Positions 50,493 to 60,806 are shown, counted from the first letter of the stretch. The stretch: 64,000 nucleotides of DNA from Desulfobacterales bacterium (GCA_040771865.1 JAXGZF010000005.1:186001-250000); one strand, 5' to 3'. Numbers and translations are program-made. The notes: generated by a model from the letters alone, not told the origin.

Positions 50493-51026
50493 TCATGATC
50501 GGAACCTGTGACTTTCCTGGCGTTGAATAATGTCCATAAACTGTGAGAGGATGCTGGCGGTGATGTGTTTGGGGTTCGAATGCCGTATCGATCGAGCGAA
50601 CGTTTCGGCTTCTTCGGCCGGGATTCCTCCAACCCTGTGCAATTCGGCGACAAGCTCGAGACCCCACAGCAACGGAACGCCTTCCTGTTTGCAGAATTTC
50701 CGCAGGTTCTTGTCGTTGGTTACGCATGTGAAACCCTGCCGTTTGGCTGTAAGAAGGCATAGCCAGTCCTCGAACGATAACGGCCCGGATCGGCTGCCGG
50801 CGTCATATGCGTCCTCAATTTCTGGCTCGACGATAATCAGCCCGAGTTCGACCAGTTCGTTTTCGTCATCGATTTCGTGCACCTCGTCGACTACCGGACT
50901 GATCACGTGAAGCGGCCCCACATGTTTCACCACAAGTTCCAGCATGGCCCTTTCTGCCTTGATGTAATCAATCAACACGCATGTGTCCATGATCATCAAC
51001 CTGTGGTGGACAGGGCGGCGTTTCAC
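50493..51026 (-). CDS. PIN-like domain protein
   Basis: IMDTCVLID...LSFED...VTNDKNLR; GTG start overlaps the upstream TGA. Confidence 0.8.
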   Translation of the reverse strand: MKRRPVHHRLMIMDTCVLIDYIKAERAMLELVVKHVGPLHVISPVVDEVHEIDDENELVELGLIIVEPEIEDAYDAGSRSGPLSFEDWLCLLTAKRQGFTCVTNDKNLRKFCKQEGVPLLWGLELVAELHRVGGIPAEEAETFARSIRHSNPKHITASILSQFMDIIQRQESHRFRS

Positions 51027-52135
51027 AGAATGACCTCCCAATTCTGCAGAAGATCATGCATTTCCTCAATGCCGATTCGTAGCATTTCTGCGCCGCGGCC
51101 AAGCGATATCTTGTCTTTTTCCACCGCCTCCCTGGTCAGTCGACTGAAACGGTCTTCGAAGAAATCGAATTGCCGCATTCCGAACGGTTCGGTGGGATCG
51201 AATCCCATCGGTTCCTGCTTGAAGGGGAGTTTCCTGTTGAAGCGCTGCTGGTATGAGCTGTTGAATTTTGCCCATATGGAACTGTCCACGACCTCGTCTT
51301 CCAAAAGGCGGTAAAGCACGGTCTTGTAACTGACGCGGAAAATGCGTTTGACCTTGAAGACTCTATCCACAAAGTGCAATCCCGCCGCTTCATTCCATTC
51401 CTTGCGGAACCCGTCGTTTGGCATTAGAAAGTGCCCGGCGAAACAATCGGCCTCGCGCTCTTCCTCTCTGCTTTCTTCGATCCGGCTGACATCGTAGGCG
51501 TCGAGATGCAACATGAGATGGCCAAGTTCGTGGGCGGCGCTGAAAATCTGCCTTTCCACGGAAATCCGCTCCCACGCGTTCACGACCACCGCCGGGCCGC
51601 CGCTCTCCTCTCCCACCGACATGCCGAAAAATCCGTCGGATGCCATGGGAACCGGAAAGACTTTCACGCCCGCACTTTCGAGAAGGCCGCAAATATCATG
51701 AATGGGTTCGGTCGTTTTCAGCCTCAGTTTTTTCCGACAGAGTCCGGCCGCCTCAGATGGACGGTTTCTGGAGCATTGCGCCCTGTCCGACTTGAGGCTG
51801 AAGGTCGTCTGTTTGTTCAGAATCTTTTCAAGATAGCTGAAATCGTCGAGCCATCTTGCCACTTCGGCCAGAACATTCTCGCGGTTCTGCATCCGCTTTG
51901 CCGAACGAAACCGGACGGCGCGCAATTCCCGGACCGGCAGGAAAAGCTCCTGAAGCTTCACTTCCAGGGCCTTGGCAATTGCCTGCACGGTTCTCATTCG
52001 CGGTTCGTTCTTTGCGAGTTCGAGATTCTTAATCGCCGGCAAGGAGAGACCCGCGGTATCCGCCAGCGCACTTTGGCTCAAGCGCTTCGCAGTTCTCAGA
52101 CGTCTTACATTTTGGGCGAGTATCTGCAGGTTCAT
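51023..52135 (-). CDS. XRE HTH + ImmA/IrrE metallopeptidase fusion
   Basis: N-terminal HTH (LSQSALAD...IKNLE), FRS motif, AHELGH, EREADCFAGHFLMP. Confidence 0.92.
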   Translation of the reverse strand: MNLQILAQNVRRLRTAKRLSQSALADTAGLSLPAIKNLELAKNEPRMRTVQAIAKALEVKLQELFLPVRELRAVRFRSAKRMQNRENVLAEVARWLDDFSYLEKILNKQTTFSLKSDRAQCSRNRPSEAAGLCRKKLRLKTTEPIHDICGLLESAGVKVFPVPMASDGFFGMSVGEESGGPAVVVNAWERISVERQIFSAAHELGHLMLHLDAYDVSRIEESREEEREADCFAGHFLMPNDGFRKEWNEAAGLHFVDRVFKVKRIFRVSYKTVLYRLLEDEVVDSSIWAKFNSSYQQRFNRKLPFKQEPMGFDPTEPFGMRQFDFFEDRFSRLTREAVEKDKISLGRGAEMLRIGIEEMHDLLQNWEVIL

Positions 52136-52311
52136 GATAATCTCCTTTCTACGCTTTTATTTAAAAATACCATACTTAATTAAATTGTCAAATAGTATAT
52201 TTTAACAGGGAGGGCTTCACCATGGGCGGCGGGAAAGGGGGTCAGGTCTGCTCTTGACCTTTTTGCTGTAAATGGATTCCGGGAACACCCGGCATAGTTC
52301 CTGAGTGCGCA

Positions 52312-52471
52312 TTCACGGAGGTTAAGCAGCAATCCCGACTTCATGAAATCGCAAAGCGAATTCCGGGGACACATCGCCGGGAACCTTTCATCGATCGAAC
52401 GCCAAGCGGGCGGAAGATTCGAGGTCCAAAAAAACATTGTAATCGAACCGCAACGCGGTATCATGCGGCAT
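52312..52471 (+). repeat. RAYT-tail-like repeat variant
   Basis: Shares cacggaggttaagcagcaatcccgacttcatgaaatcgca with the 50272 copy and the taatcgaaccg...atcatgc tail with 53281. Confidence 0.75.
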
Positions 52472-52508
52472 GGACATCGGACGGGCTCAAGTGAGAGCCA
52501 GAGGAATT

Positions 52509-53180
52509 ATGGAATACGATCTTATCTTGTTTGATCTGGACGGCACGATCAGCGACTCGCTCACGGGCATCGCCAGGTCGATCAACTACGCATTGATCGC
52601 ATTTGGATATCCGCAAGTTTCTGAGTCTTCTCTGGCAAGGTTCATCGGACCGCCGATTGACGATACGTTCGCACTTCTTGCCGGGACCGGGTCCAGGGAA
52701 ATGATTGAGCAACTCGTGGCCAAATTCAGAGAAAGGTTTTCTGATATCGGGTACGCTGAGAATCATGTGTACCCAGGGGTTACAGAAGTCTTGGAGGATC
52801 TGCATGCGAACCATGTTCCCATGGCCGTTTGCACATCGAAACGCCTTGACTACGCTGAGAAAGTATTGCGCATGTTTGAATTGGATCGCCTTTTCCTGTT
52901 TGTGAATGGCGGCGACATGGGTATTTACAAGGGGCAGCAGATCGCCCGGATGCTGTCTGAGGGCAAGGCATCAAAAAACACGCTGATGATCGGCGATAGA
53001 GGTATGGACCTGAAGGCGGCCCACACGAACGGAATTTCCTCGGCAGGCGTGCTTTGGGGATACGGGTCGCAGGCTGAACTGGAGAGTGAAAACCCGGCGC
53101 ATTTGTTTTCGAGCCCTCAGGAATGGGGGATACTGAAAAGGCTCACCCGGCGCTTTGAATTCCGGGAAAGCCTGACCTAA
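52509..53180 (+). CDS. HAD-superfamily hydrolase (phosphoglycolate phosphatase-like)
   Basis: FDLDGTISDS, FIGPP, TSK, MIGDR..D, VLWGYG. Confidence 0.9.
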   Translation: MEYDLILFDLDGTISDSLTGIARSINYALIAFGYPQVSESSLARFIGPPIDDTFALLAGTGSREMIEQLVAKFRERFSDIGYAENHVYPGVTEVLEDLHANHVPMAVCTSKRLDYAEKVLRMFELDRLFLFVNGGDMGIYKGQQIARMLSEGKASKNTLMIGDRGMDLKAAHTNGISSAGVLWGYGSQAELESENPAHLFSSPQEWGILKRLTRRFEFRESLT

Positions 53181-53194
53181 TCTTCGGCAGGTCC

Positions 53195-53312
53195 GGCCGG
53201 GTGCGTTATTTTCATGTTGCACCGGAGCCCTTTCATTGAAAGAATTGAACGGCAACCGGGCGGCGAATTCGAAAACCTGGTAATCGAACCGTGAAGCGGC
53301 ATCATGCCGCAT
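53195..53312 (+). repeat. RAYT-tail-like repeat variant
   Basis: gcaccggagccctttcattgaaagaattgaacgg core. Confidence 0.75.
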
Positions 53313-53335
53313 ACATATCGAAGGAGGGGAGAGTC

Positions 53336-54340
53336 ATGATGAAACGAATCGGCATTTTGGGTTTTGCGTGTTTTGTCCTTTTGGCGTTCAGCGGTTGCGG
53401 CGGCCCGGACAAGGCCGAAAGGGGGGAATTCAAGGCACAGCTGAAACTGGCCTCCCTGACCCCGATGAGTCACACCTACAACCAGGGCGCGTCGAAATTT
53501 GCAGAGCTTGTGAAGGAGCGAAGCCAGGGCCGCATTCAGGTGACCGTATACCCGGACGGCCAGCTCGGCAAGGGCGAACGGGAGCTGCTCGAAGCCGTTC
53601 AGCAGGGAACCATCGATGTCTATGTCGGCTCGACCGGACCGATCGGCGGATTCAACCTCGGCATCGGAATTCTGGACATTCCGTTTCTGTTCAATGATTA
53701 CGGGCACGTGGACAGGGTGCTGGACGGTCCCATCGGGCAGCGGCTTCTGGACGATCTGGAAAAGGCGCAGTTCAAGGCCCTGGCCTTCTGGGAAAACGGG
53801 TTCCGCAACCTGACCAATTCGCGGCGGGCGGTCCGGGTTCCGGACGATGCCAGAGGTCTGAAGATCCGCACGATGGAGAACAAGATGCACATGGCGGCCT
53901 GGGCGGCGGTGGGCGCGAATCCCGTTCCCATGGCGTTCGGGGAGGTTTACGGGGCCCTTCAGCAGAAGATCCTCGACGGGCAGGAAAACCCGGTTGCCGT
54001 GATCCATTCGGTGAAACTCAACGAGGTTCAGCAGTTTCTGTCCCTGACCCAGCATGTGTATTCCCCGGCCGTCCTCATCGTGAGCCTGAAAACCTGGCAG
54101 TCCATTCCTAAAGCGGATCAGGAGATGCTGCTCAACACGGCCAGGGAGGTCGCCTCGTATCAGCGCGGGCTGGGAAGGGACGTGGAGGAAAGACAGATTG
54201 CCGAGCTTTCCGAAAGGGGAATGAGCGTGGAAAAAACGATCGATAAGGCGGCGTGGCGAAGCGCCATGCAGCCGGTGATCGAACAGGCCGCCGGTCAGTA
54301 CGGCGCGGAAAAAATCGACGCGATTCTGGGAACCAAGTGA
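53336..54340 (+). CDS. dctP: TRAP transporter substrate-binding lipoprotein
   Basis: Lipobox FSGC, WENGFR, GLKIR, EVYGALQQ..LDGQENP. Confidence 0.93.
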   Translation: MMKRIGILGFACFVLLAFSGCGGPDKAERGEFKAQLKLASLTPMSHTYNQGASKFAELVKERSQGRIQVTVYPDGQLGKGERELLEAVQQGTIDVYVGSTGPIGGFNLGIGILDIPFLFNDYGHVDRVLDGPIGQRLLDDLEKAQFKALAFWENGFRNLTNSRRAVRVPDDARGLKIRTMENKMHMAAWAAVGANPVPMAFGEVYGALQQKILDGQENPVAVIHSVKLNEVQQFLSLTQHVYSPAVLIVSLKTWQSIPKADQEMLLNTAREVASYQRGLGRDVEERQIAELSERGMSVEKTIDKAAWRSAMQPVIEQAAGQYGAEKIDAILGTK

Positions 54341-54831
54341 TGTCCCTGGCGGTTTTGTCAAAAATCAACGCCATCCTCGTCCGGGCTGCATCGGGGATGA
54401 CCGCGGCGGCCCTGGCGGTGATCGCCGCGGTCGTCCCGTATGAGGTTTTCGGACGCTATGTTCTCGGCGACATGCCGGTCTGGTCGGGCGAGGCGGCCAC
54501 ATTCTCCCTGGTCTGGGCGTCCATGATGGGCGGCGCAGTCGGGCTGAGAAAGGGATACCAGGTCAGCCTGAATCTGATGATGAACAAGCTTCCGGAAATG
54601 CCGTATCGGGTCATTGCGGGATGCATGTATGCGGGCATGCTGGTTTTTCTCGGGGCCATGACCTGGTTCGGCATCCTTCAGACCCTTGTCAACATGCACC
54701 AGCGTTCCACGGCCATCGGCATTCCCATGAGCCTGCCCTATCTAGCGCTTCCCGCCGGTTTCCTGCTCATGTTCCTGATCACCGTCGAGCAGTGCTGGAT
54801 GTTTTTTCAATCCGAATCCAGGGGGGGATGA
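54340..54831 (+). CDS. dctQ: TRAP transporter small permease
   Basis: VFGRYVL...WSGE; four TM helices; position between dctP and dctM. Confidence 0.88.
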   Translation: MSLAVLSKINAILVRAASGMTAAALAVIAAVVPYEVFGRYVLGDMPVWSGEAATFSLVWASMMGGAVGLRKGYQVSLNLMMNKLPEMPYRVIAGCMYAGMLVFLGAMTWFGILQTLVNMHQRSTAIGIPMSLPYLALPAGFLLMFLITVEQCWMFFQSESRGG

Positions 54832-56114
54832 GGTTGCTCTCACTGTTCCTGATCTCCTTCCTTGTCTTCATGGCCGTGGGCATTCCGGTTGCCATTGCCA
54901 TGGGCGGCGCCGCCATGGTCTACGCGTTTCTGAGCGGCGGCATTTCCCCCACCCTTCTTGTTCAAACGACCTTCGCCGGCATGTCGTCCTTTCCGCTTCT
55001 GGCCATACCCCTCTTCATTCTTGCGGGCAACCTGATGAACGAGGGAGGGATCACGGATGATCTCGTCAACTTTTCCCGGCGGCTGGTCGGGCATATCCGC
55101 GGCGGGCTGGGATTGACGACCATCGTCGCCTGCGCCATATTCGCCGCGATAACCGGTTCCGCCGTGGCCACGGCCGTGGCGATCGGCACGGTCATGCTTC
55201 CGGCCATGCGACGGGCTGGCTACGAAGACGAGGTGTCCTCCGCGATGACGGCCGCCGCTTCCTGCATCGGACCGATCCTGCCTCCCAGCATTCCCTTCAT
55301 CATCTACGGGGTGATAGCCCAGGTATCCATCGGCGCTCTCTTCGTTGCGGGAATCATTCCGGGGCTGCTCCTCGGCGCGTGCCTCATGATCTACATGGTG
55401 ATTGCGGCGCAGCGGGGGGGATACGCCAAGGAGCCTCGCGCCCCCATTCGAAGCGTGTTCACGGGCGCCTTTCGAGCCTTGCCGTCTCTGATGATGCCAG
55501 TGATCATCATCGGAGGCATCTGGGGCGGCATCTTCACGCCCACGGAGGCGGCGGGAATCGCCGTTGCGTATGCTTTCCTGGCGGGGTTTCTGATCTACCG
55601 CCGCCTGAAACCTGGCCGGCTGTACGACCTTTTTCTGAAATCGGGAATAGAGTCCGCCGTGGTCATGCTGCTGCTCGGGCTCTCCGAGCCTTTCGCCTGG
55701 GTCGTGGCCGTGGAGCAGGTTCCGCTGAAAGTCATGGAAGCGCTTTCCTGCCTGTCATCCTCCCCCCATGTATTTCTCATGCTCGTCAACATCTTCCTGC
55801 TGCTGATCGGCATTCCCCTGGAAACGGCGCCGGCCCTCGCCATTGTGACGCCCGTGCTGGCGCCTCTGGCTGCCGAACTCGGGATCGACCCCGTGCATTT
55901 CGGCGTGATCGTCTGCTTCAACCTGGTGCTGGGCCTCATCACGCCGCCGGTGGGGGGCGTGCTGTTTTCCATCTGCGGCATAACCGGACTGTCGCTGGAG
56001 AGGCTGTCGCGCGGCATCTGGATTCCCTTTCTGATTGCCGTGGGGGTGTTGATGATCGTCACCTTCGTGCCAGTCCTGAGCACGTTTCTGCCCCGTCTCA
56101 TTCTGCCGCACTGA
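54828..56114 (+). CDS. dctM: TRAP transporter large permease
   Basis: LLAIPLFILAGNLM, GSAVA, PPSIP, FTPTEA, DPVHFG, ITPPVG. Confidence 0.93.
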   Translation: MRLLSLFLISFLVFMAVGIPVAIAMGGAAMVYAFLSGGISPTLLVQTTFAGMSSFPLLAIPLFILAGNLMNEGGITDDLVNFSRRLVGHIRGGLGLTTIVACAIFAAITGSAVATAVAIGTVMLPAMRRAGYEDEVSSAMTAAASCIGPILPPSIPFIIYGVIAQVSIGALFVAGIIPGLLLGACLMIYMVIAAQRGGYAKEPRAPIRSVFTGAFRALPSLMMPVIIIGGIWGGIFTPTEAAGIAVAYAFLAGFLIYRRLKPGRLYDLFLKSGIESAVVMLLLGLSEPFAWVVAVEQVPLKVMEALSCLSSSPHVFLMLVNIFLLLIGIPLETAPALAIVTPVLAPLAAELGIDPVHFGVIVCFNLVLGLITPPVGGVLFSICGITGLSLERLSRGIWIPFLIAVGVLMIVTFVPVLSTFLPRLILPH

Positions 56115-56298
56115 GGAAGCCGGCGGACGGTTGAAAACAAGCATCAGGCCGTCAGGCAAGGTGCAATAGACTCGATCACTTGATTTCCGAGCTTAAAAGA
56201 CGCATAAATAAAAAACGTCTGGTTTCAAAACGCGAGGCAATACGGCATCGAAGCATGCAAAGAGCCGGGCGGTTCAACCCTATGCAACAGGCAGACAA

Positions 56299-58941
56299 AT
56301 GATCTGGCATCAGGAAAAAATCAGCGAAACCATCGAACATCTCAAGTCGGCCGCGGAAGGCCTGACCGCATTCGAGGCGCGCAAGAGGCTTGCTCAATAC
56401 GGCGAGAACGTTCTGATTGAAAAAGAGCGCAAGTCGCCGTTCATGCTTTTTGTCGATCAGTTCAGGGATTTCATGATTCTCGTGCTGATGGTGGCGGCCC
56501 TGATTTCGGGTTTTATCGGGGAACCGGCGGATACCATAGCGATCCTGGTGATCGTGATTCTCAATGCCGTTGTCGGTTTTGTTCAGGAATACCGGGCCGA
56601 GAAAGCCATGGCCGCGCTCAAGAACATGGCTGCACCTTCGGCCGCGGTTTTAAGGGACGGCGTACCCACTCAGTCGCCGGCCTCGGATCTGGTTCCCGGC
56701 GATGTGGTGCTTCTGGAGGCGGGCAATGTGGCGCCGGCCGATATGCGGATCATGGAATCCGTTCATATGCGGATTCAGGAGGCCGCGCTGACCGGAGAGT
56801 CGTTTGCCGTTGAAAAGCATAGCCGGGCGCTGCCTCAGGAGGACCTGCCGCTGGGCGACCGCAAGAACATGGCGTACAAGGGTACAACCGTCGCTTACGG
56901 CAGGGGCAGGGGAATCGTGGTGGGCACCGGCATGCACACCGAACTGGGAAAGATCGCCCGCCTGCTTCAGCAGGAAGAAGACGACGGGACCCCGCTTCAA
57001 AAGCGTCTGTCCCGGTTCGGAAAGAGACTGGCGGTGGCGGTTCTGTTCATTTGCGCTTTTATTTTTGGCGTCGGCCTGCTTCGAAGCGAACCGCCTCTGC
57101 TGATGCTGTTGACCGCCATATCGCTGGCCGTTGCCGCCATTCCGGAGGCCCTGCCGGCGGTGGTCACCATTTCGCTGGCGCTGGGCGCCCGGAAAATGGT
57201 CGCGCAAAATGTGCTGGTGAGAAAACTTTCCGCGGTTGAAACGCTGGGATCGGTCACCTATATCTGCTCGGACAAGACCGGCACCCTGACGCTGAATCAG
57301 ATGGCCGTGGAGCGGCTGTATGCGGACGGAAAATGGATGGATGTCAAATCCGGCGAGCCTGAAATTTTCGAAGCAGGGAAGTCTCTGGCGCTTTTGATGA
57401 AGGGAATGGCCCTGAACAACGACTGTTACCAGAATGCCGACGGCGGCCTGGCCGGAGATCCGACGGAGATCGCGCTGTATCGGATCGCCATGGAAATGGG
57501 TTTTGACAAGCGGGATCTGGAAAAAAAGACGCCGCGAATCGCCGAGATTCCTTTTGATTCGGAAAGAAAATGCATGACCACCCTTCATGCCGTCGGTGAG
57601 GGATCGGAAACAGATTACACGCACCTGTCCTTCACCAAGGGGGCGGTGGAAACACTTGTCGATTGTTCGAATCACATTCTGTCTTCCGGGGGCATTCTGC
57701 CCATGGACGGGTCGCGGATTCTCGAGGCCGCCGAACGAATGACCGCTGAAGGAATGCGCGTGCTGGGGATTGCCTTCAGAAAGTGGACCTCGATGCCGGA
57801 AGAGATTTCTTCGAAGATGTTGGAAAGCGGTCTGACTTTTCTGGGGCTGATCGGCATGATGGACCCGCCGAGAAAAGAGGCGGCAGATGCGGTGGCGACC
57901 TGCCGACGAGCGGGAATCCGGCCGGTCATGATCACCGGCGATCATCCCTTGACCGCAGAGACGATCGCCCGCCGGCTCGGCATTCTGGATGAGCAGGCCG
58001 GGGGAATCATGACGGGCGTCGATCTTCAAAATACGCTTCCTGACGCATTTGCCCAACAGGTCGAGAACATCCGCGTATATGCCCGGGTTGCGCCGGAACA
58101 GAAGCTGAATATTGTCAATGCGCTTCAGGCCAGGGGACAGTTTGTGGCCATGACCGGCGACGGGGTCAACGACGCGCCTGCATTGAAAAGCGCCGATATC
58201 GGCATTGCCATGGGAATCACCGGAACGGAGGTTTCCAAGGAGGCCGCTCACATGATTCTGCTGGATGACAATTTTGCAACCATTGTCAAGGCGGTCGGCG
58301 AGGGGCGTAGAATCTACGACAATATCCGCAAATTCATCAAATATCTGCTGACGACCAATTCCGGTGAAATATGGGCGCTTTTTGTGGCCCCTCTTCTCGG
58401 ACTGCCGATTCCGCTGCTTCCGATTCATATTCTGTGGATGAACCTGGTTACCGACGGGCTTCCCGCGCTGGCGCTGTCCGCTGAACCCGCCGAAGACGAC
58501 GTGATGAAAAGACCGCCGCGGCCTCCGAAGGAGAGCATCTTTGCTCACGGCCTGGGATTTCATGCGCTCTGGGTAGGCATTCTGATAGCGGTGCTGGCGC
58601 TGGGCGCCGAGTACTGGACATTGAAAACAGGAGCCCACTGGCGCACGATGGTTTTTACCGTGCTTTGTCTGACCCAGCTCGGACACGCCATGGCCATCCG
58701 GTCTGAAAAGGCCTCCCTGTTTCAAATCGGCATTTTTTCAAACAAATATCTCCTGGGCGCGGTGATGCTCACCTTTGCCCTGCAGATGGCGGTCGTCTAT
58801 GTGCCGTTTTTGAATCCCATCTTCAAGACCGTACCTTTGAGCGGGTTTGAGCTGATGCTGAGCATCGGGATTTCCTGCGTGGTATTTGTCGCGGTCGAGA
58901 TCGAAAAGCTGATTCGAAGAAGCAAAAGTCCGAAATCCTGA
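56299..58941 (+). CDS. Cation-transporting P-type ATPase (type IIA, Ca2+-like)
   Basis: [43 protein letters not shown]. Confidence 0.95.
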   Translation: MIWHQEKISETIEHLKSAAEGLTAFEARKRLAQYGENVLIEKERKSPFMLFVDQFRDFMILVLMVAALISGFIGEPADTIAILVIVILNAVVGFVQEYRAEKAMAALKNMAAPSAAVLRDGVPTQSPASDLVPGDVVLLEAGNVAPADMRIMESVHMRIQEAALTGESFAVEKHSRALPQEDLPLGDRKNMAYKGTTVAYGRGRGIVVGTGMHTELGKIARLLQQEEDDGTPLQKRLSRFGKRLAVAVLFICAFIFGVGLLRSEPPLLMLLTAISLAVAAIPEALPAVVTISLALGARKMVAQNVLVRKLSAVETLGSVTYICSDKTGTLTLNQMAVERLYADGKWMDVKSGEPEIFEAGKSLALLMKGMALNNDCYQNADGGLAGDPTEIALYRIAMEMGFDKRDLEKKTPRIAEIPFDSERKCMTTLHAVGEGSETDYTHLSFTKGAVETLVDCSNHILSSGGILPMDGSRILEAAERMTAEGMRVLGIAFRKWTSMPEEISSKMLESGLTFLGLIGMMDPPRKEAADAVATCRRAGIRPVMITGDHPLTAETIARRLGILDEQAGGIMTGVDLQNTLPDAFAQQVENIRVYARVAPEQKLNIVNALQARGQFVAMTGDGVNDAPALKSADIGIAMGITGTEVSKEAAHMILLDDNFATIVKAVGEGRRIYDNIRKFIKYLLTTNSGEIWALFVAPLLGLPIPLLPIHILWMNLVTDGLPALALSAEPAEDDVMKRPPRPPKESIFAHGLGFHALWVGILIAVLALGAEYWTLKTGAHWRTMVFTVLCLTQLGHAMAIRSEKASLFQIGIFSNKYLLGAVMLTFALQMAVVYVPFLNPIFKTVPLSGFELMLSIGISCVVFVAVEIEKLIRRSKSPKS

Positions 58942-59221
58942 TTTCATTTTTCCGGCCGGTTTTCAAGCCATACAACGGAAGCGTCGAGACAGAATCCTGC
59001 ACCCGCATTGACGCGATCGCTGTTGACGCGATTGCTTGATTTCCACACGTAAAAGACGCATAATATTAATGCCTGATTCTGAGTCCAGCGATGTCGGGCG
59101 TTATGGAGCCGCCCCGGCGGTCAGGTCCCGCAGAAATAGTTCGGTATATTCCTGACGTCTTACTTCAGTTCAAACGGATCATTCGATCTAAACAGATGCA
59201 AAGAGAAAGGAGGGAATTCAG

Positions 59222-59761
59222 ATGAAATGGAAAAAAGACGATGGTGGATGGAGTCCCTACCTTGCCGGCGCCCTGGTAGGGCTCCTGGCGATTGTCTCAG
59301 CATATGCAACCACCCAGTGGATGGGGAAAACCAGTTATCTGGGCGCATCGACGACCTTTGTGCGCGCCGCGGGCATTTTTGAGGAAAAGCTTGCCGCGGA
59401 ACATGTGGCCGGAAACGAATACTTTGCCAAAACCAAAATCAAGGTTGACTGGCAGTTTATGCTGGTAGCCGGCATTTTCCTGGGAGCATTGATTTCATCT
59501 GCCACGGATAGAAGCTTTAAATTCGAAGTCGTTCCTCCGATATGGAAGGAAAGATTCGGTCGATCCTTCGGGAAACGGGCCTTCGGAGCATTTTTCGGCG
59601 GAATCGTCGCCATGGTGGGCGCGCGCCTGGCGGACGGCTGCCCGAGCGGCCACGGCCTGAGCGGCATGATGCAGTTGTCTGCCAGCTCTTTTGTCGCACT
59701 GATCATGTTTTTTGTCTTCGGCGTCATTGTTGCCAACCTGGTTTACCAAAGGAGGTCCTGA
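59222..59761 (+). CDS. YeeE/YedE sulfur-compound transporter family protein (half 1)
   Basis: WSPYLAG, GARLADGCPSGHGLSG. Confidence 0.88.
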   Translation: MKWKKDDGGWSPYLAGALVGLLAIVSAYATTQWMGKTSYLGASTTFVRAAGIFEEKLAAEHVAGNEYFAKTKIKVDWQFMLVAGIFLGALISSATDRSFKFEVVPPIWKERFGRSFGKRAFGAFFGGIVAMVGARLADGCPSGHGLSGMMQLSASSFVALIMFFVFGVIVANLVYQRRS

Positions 59762-60291
59762 TGAGCACAGAACAGTGGCTGGGTCTTCTTACCGGCATTC
59801 TTTTTGGGTTTCTGCTGCAAAAAGGCAGAGTCCTCCGTTTCGAAAAACAGGTCGGCGCCCTGCTGATTCGGGATATGACGATCGTCAAATTCATGTTTTC
59901 GGCCATACTGGTCGGCATGGTCGGAATTTTTCTTTTGTCCGACCTTGAAATCATCAAGCTGAGCCACAAGCCGATGAACGTCGGAGCGGTCCTCGTCGGC
60001 GGGGCGCTTTTCGGCGCCGGATGGGCGATCATGGGATTCTGCCCCGGCACCTCGGTCGGCGCTCTGGGCGAAGGACGCTGGCATGCCCTCTTCGCCATAC
60101 TGGGCATGATTGCCGGGGCCGCGGTATTTGCCGAACTGTATCCTTTTTTCAAATCAACCGTTCTCGCCTGGAAGGATTTCGGCAAGGTGGGGCTTCCCGA
60201 CGTGCTCGGAATCTCGCACTGGGTGATTGCCGCCGTTTTCTGGGTTCTGGCCATTTTGCTTTTCGCCTGGTTTGAAAAAAAGAGGCTTTGA
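59761..60291 (+). CDS. YeeE/YedE family protein (half 2)
   Basis: GILFGFLLQKG, GGALFGAGWAIMGFCPGT; start overlaps the upstream stop. Confidence 0.88.
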   Translation: MSTEQWLGLLTGILFGFLLQKGRVLRFEKQVGALLIRDMTIVKFMFSAILVGMVGIFLLSDLEIIKLSHKPMNVGAVLVGGALFGAGWAIMGFCPGTSVGALGEGRWHALFAILGMIAGAAVFAELYPFFKSTVLAWKDFGKVGLPDVLGISHWVIAAVFWVLAILLFAWFEKKRL

Positions 60292-60587
60292 TTCTGTACG
60301 GGCTCGAAAAAATTGCCGCGCCGTGGTGGTTCGATTCGGTTCATTGTTGTACGGAAGCATAAACACAGAATGTCTGTTGCGCGGTGCGTTCGCGCGGCAG
60401 GCATACTGACGATGGATTATCTTCGCGTTGGCGCCCGATACCGGGGCAAGTGCCGGAACGTAAAGAGGCATGGCATCTCCGTGGGCTTTTTGGGGGTATG
60501 CTTATATGTTGTCCGTGCTTTTTTGTAAAGCAATTCAGATGGCTTGAGATATAATTATCCGGTAAAAATTTGAGATGCCGGCATTAA

Positions 60588-60730
60588 CAGGGTGTTGAAA
60601 AACAAGGATCAGGCCGTCAGGCAAGGCGCGCGGCGATACGACAAGCGCAGCATATTCAAGCATATGTGAGCATTGGCGAGAGCCGCGCAACGCTGAATGG
60701 CGGCCTCAGGCGCAGTTTTTCAACAGCCTG
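60588..60730 (+). mobile_element. 143-bp MITE copy 3
   Basis: cagggtgttgaaaaac...gtttttcaacagcctg with TTAA on both sides. Confidence 0.9.
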
Positions 60731-60806
60731 TTAAAGGGATTGCCATGCATAAGGCTGAAAAGGTTGAATCAGAACGCTATACAAAATTGCAGAAATGCGG
60801 GGATCT

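Noticed and set aside
49923..53300. Integron integrase/attI upstream of the cassette array
   Set aside because: No tyrosine recombinase ORF in any frame of the window.
29124..53312. Dispersed repeats as CRISPR repeats or as small protein genes (ORFs 37239-37715, 42909-43142, 29033-29482)
   Set aside because: Spacing is kilobases and irregular, and copies carry frameshifting indels, so they are non-coding remnants.
56650..58725. 691-aa minus-strand ORF
   Set aside because: Antisense shadow of the P-type ATPase.
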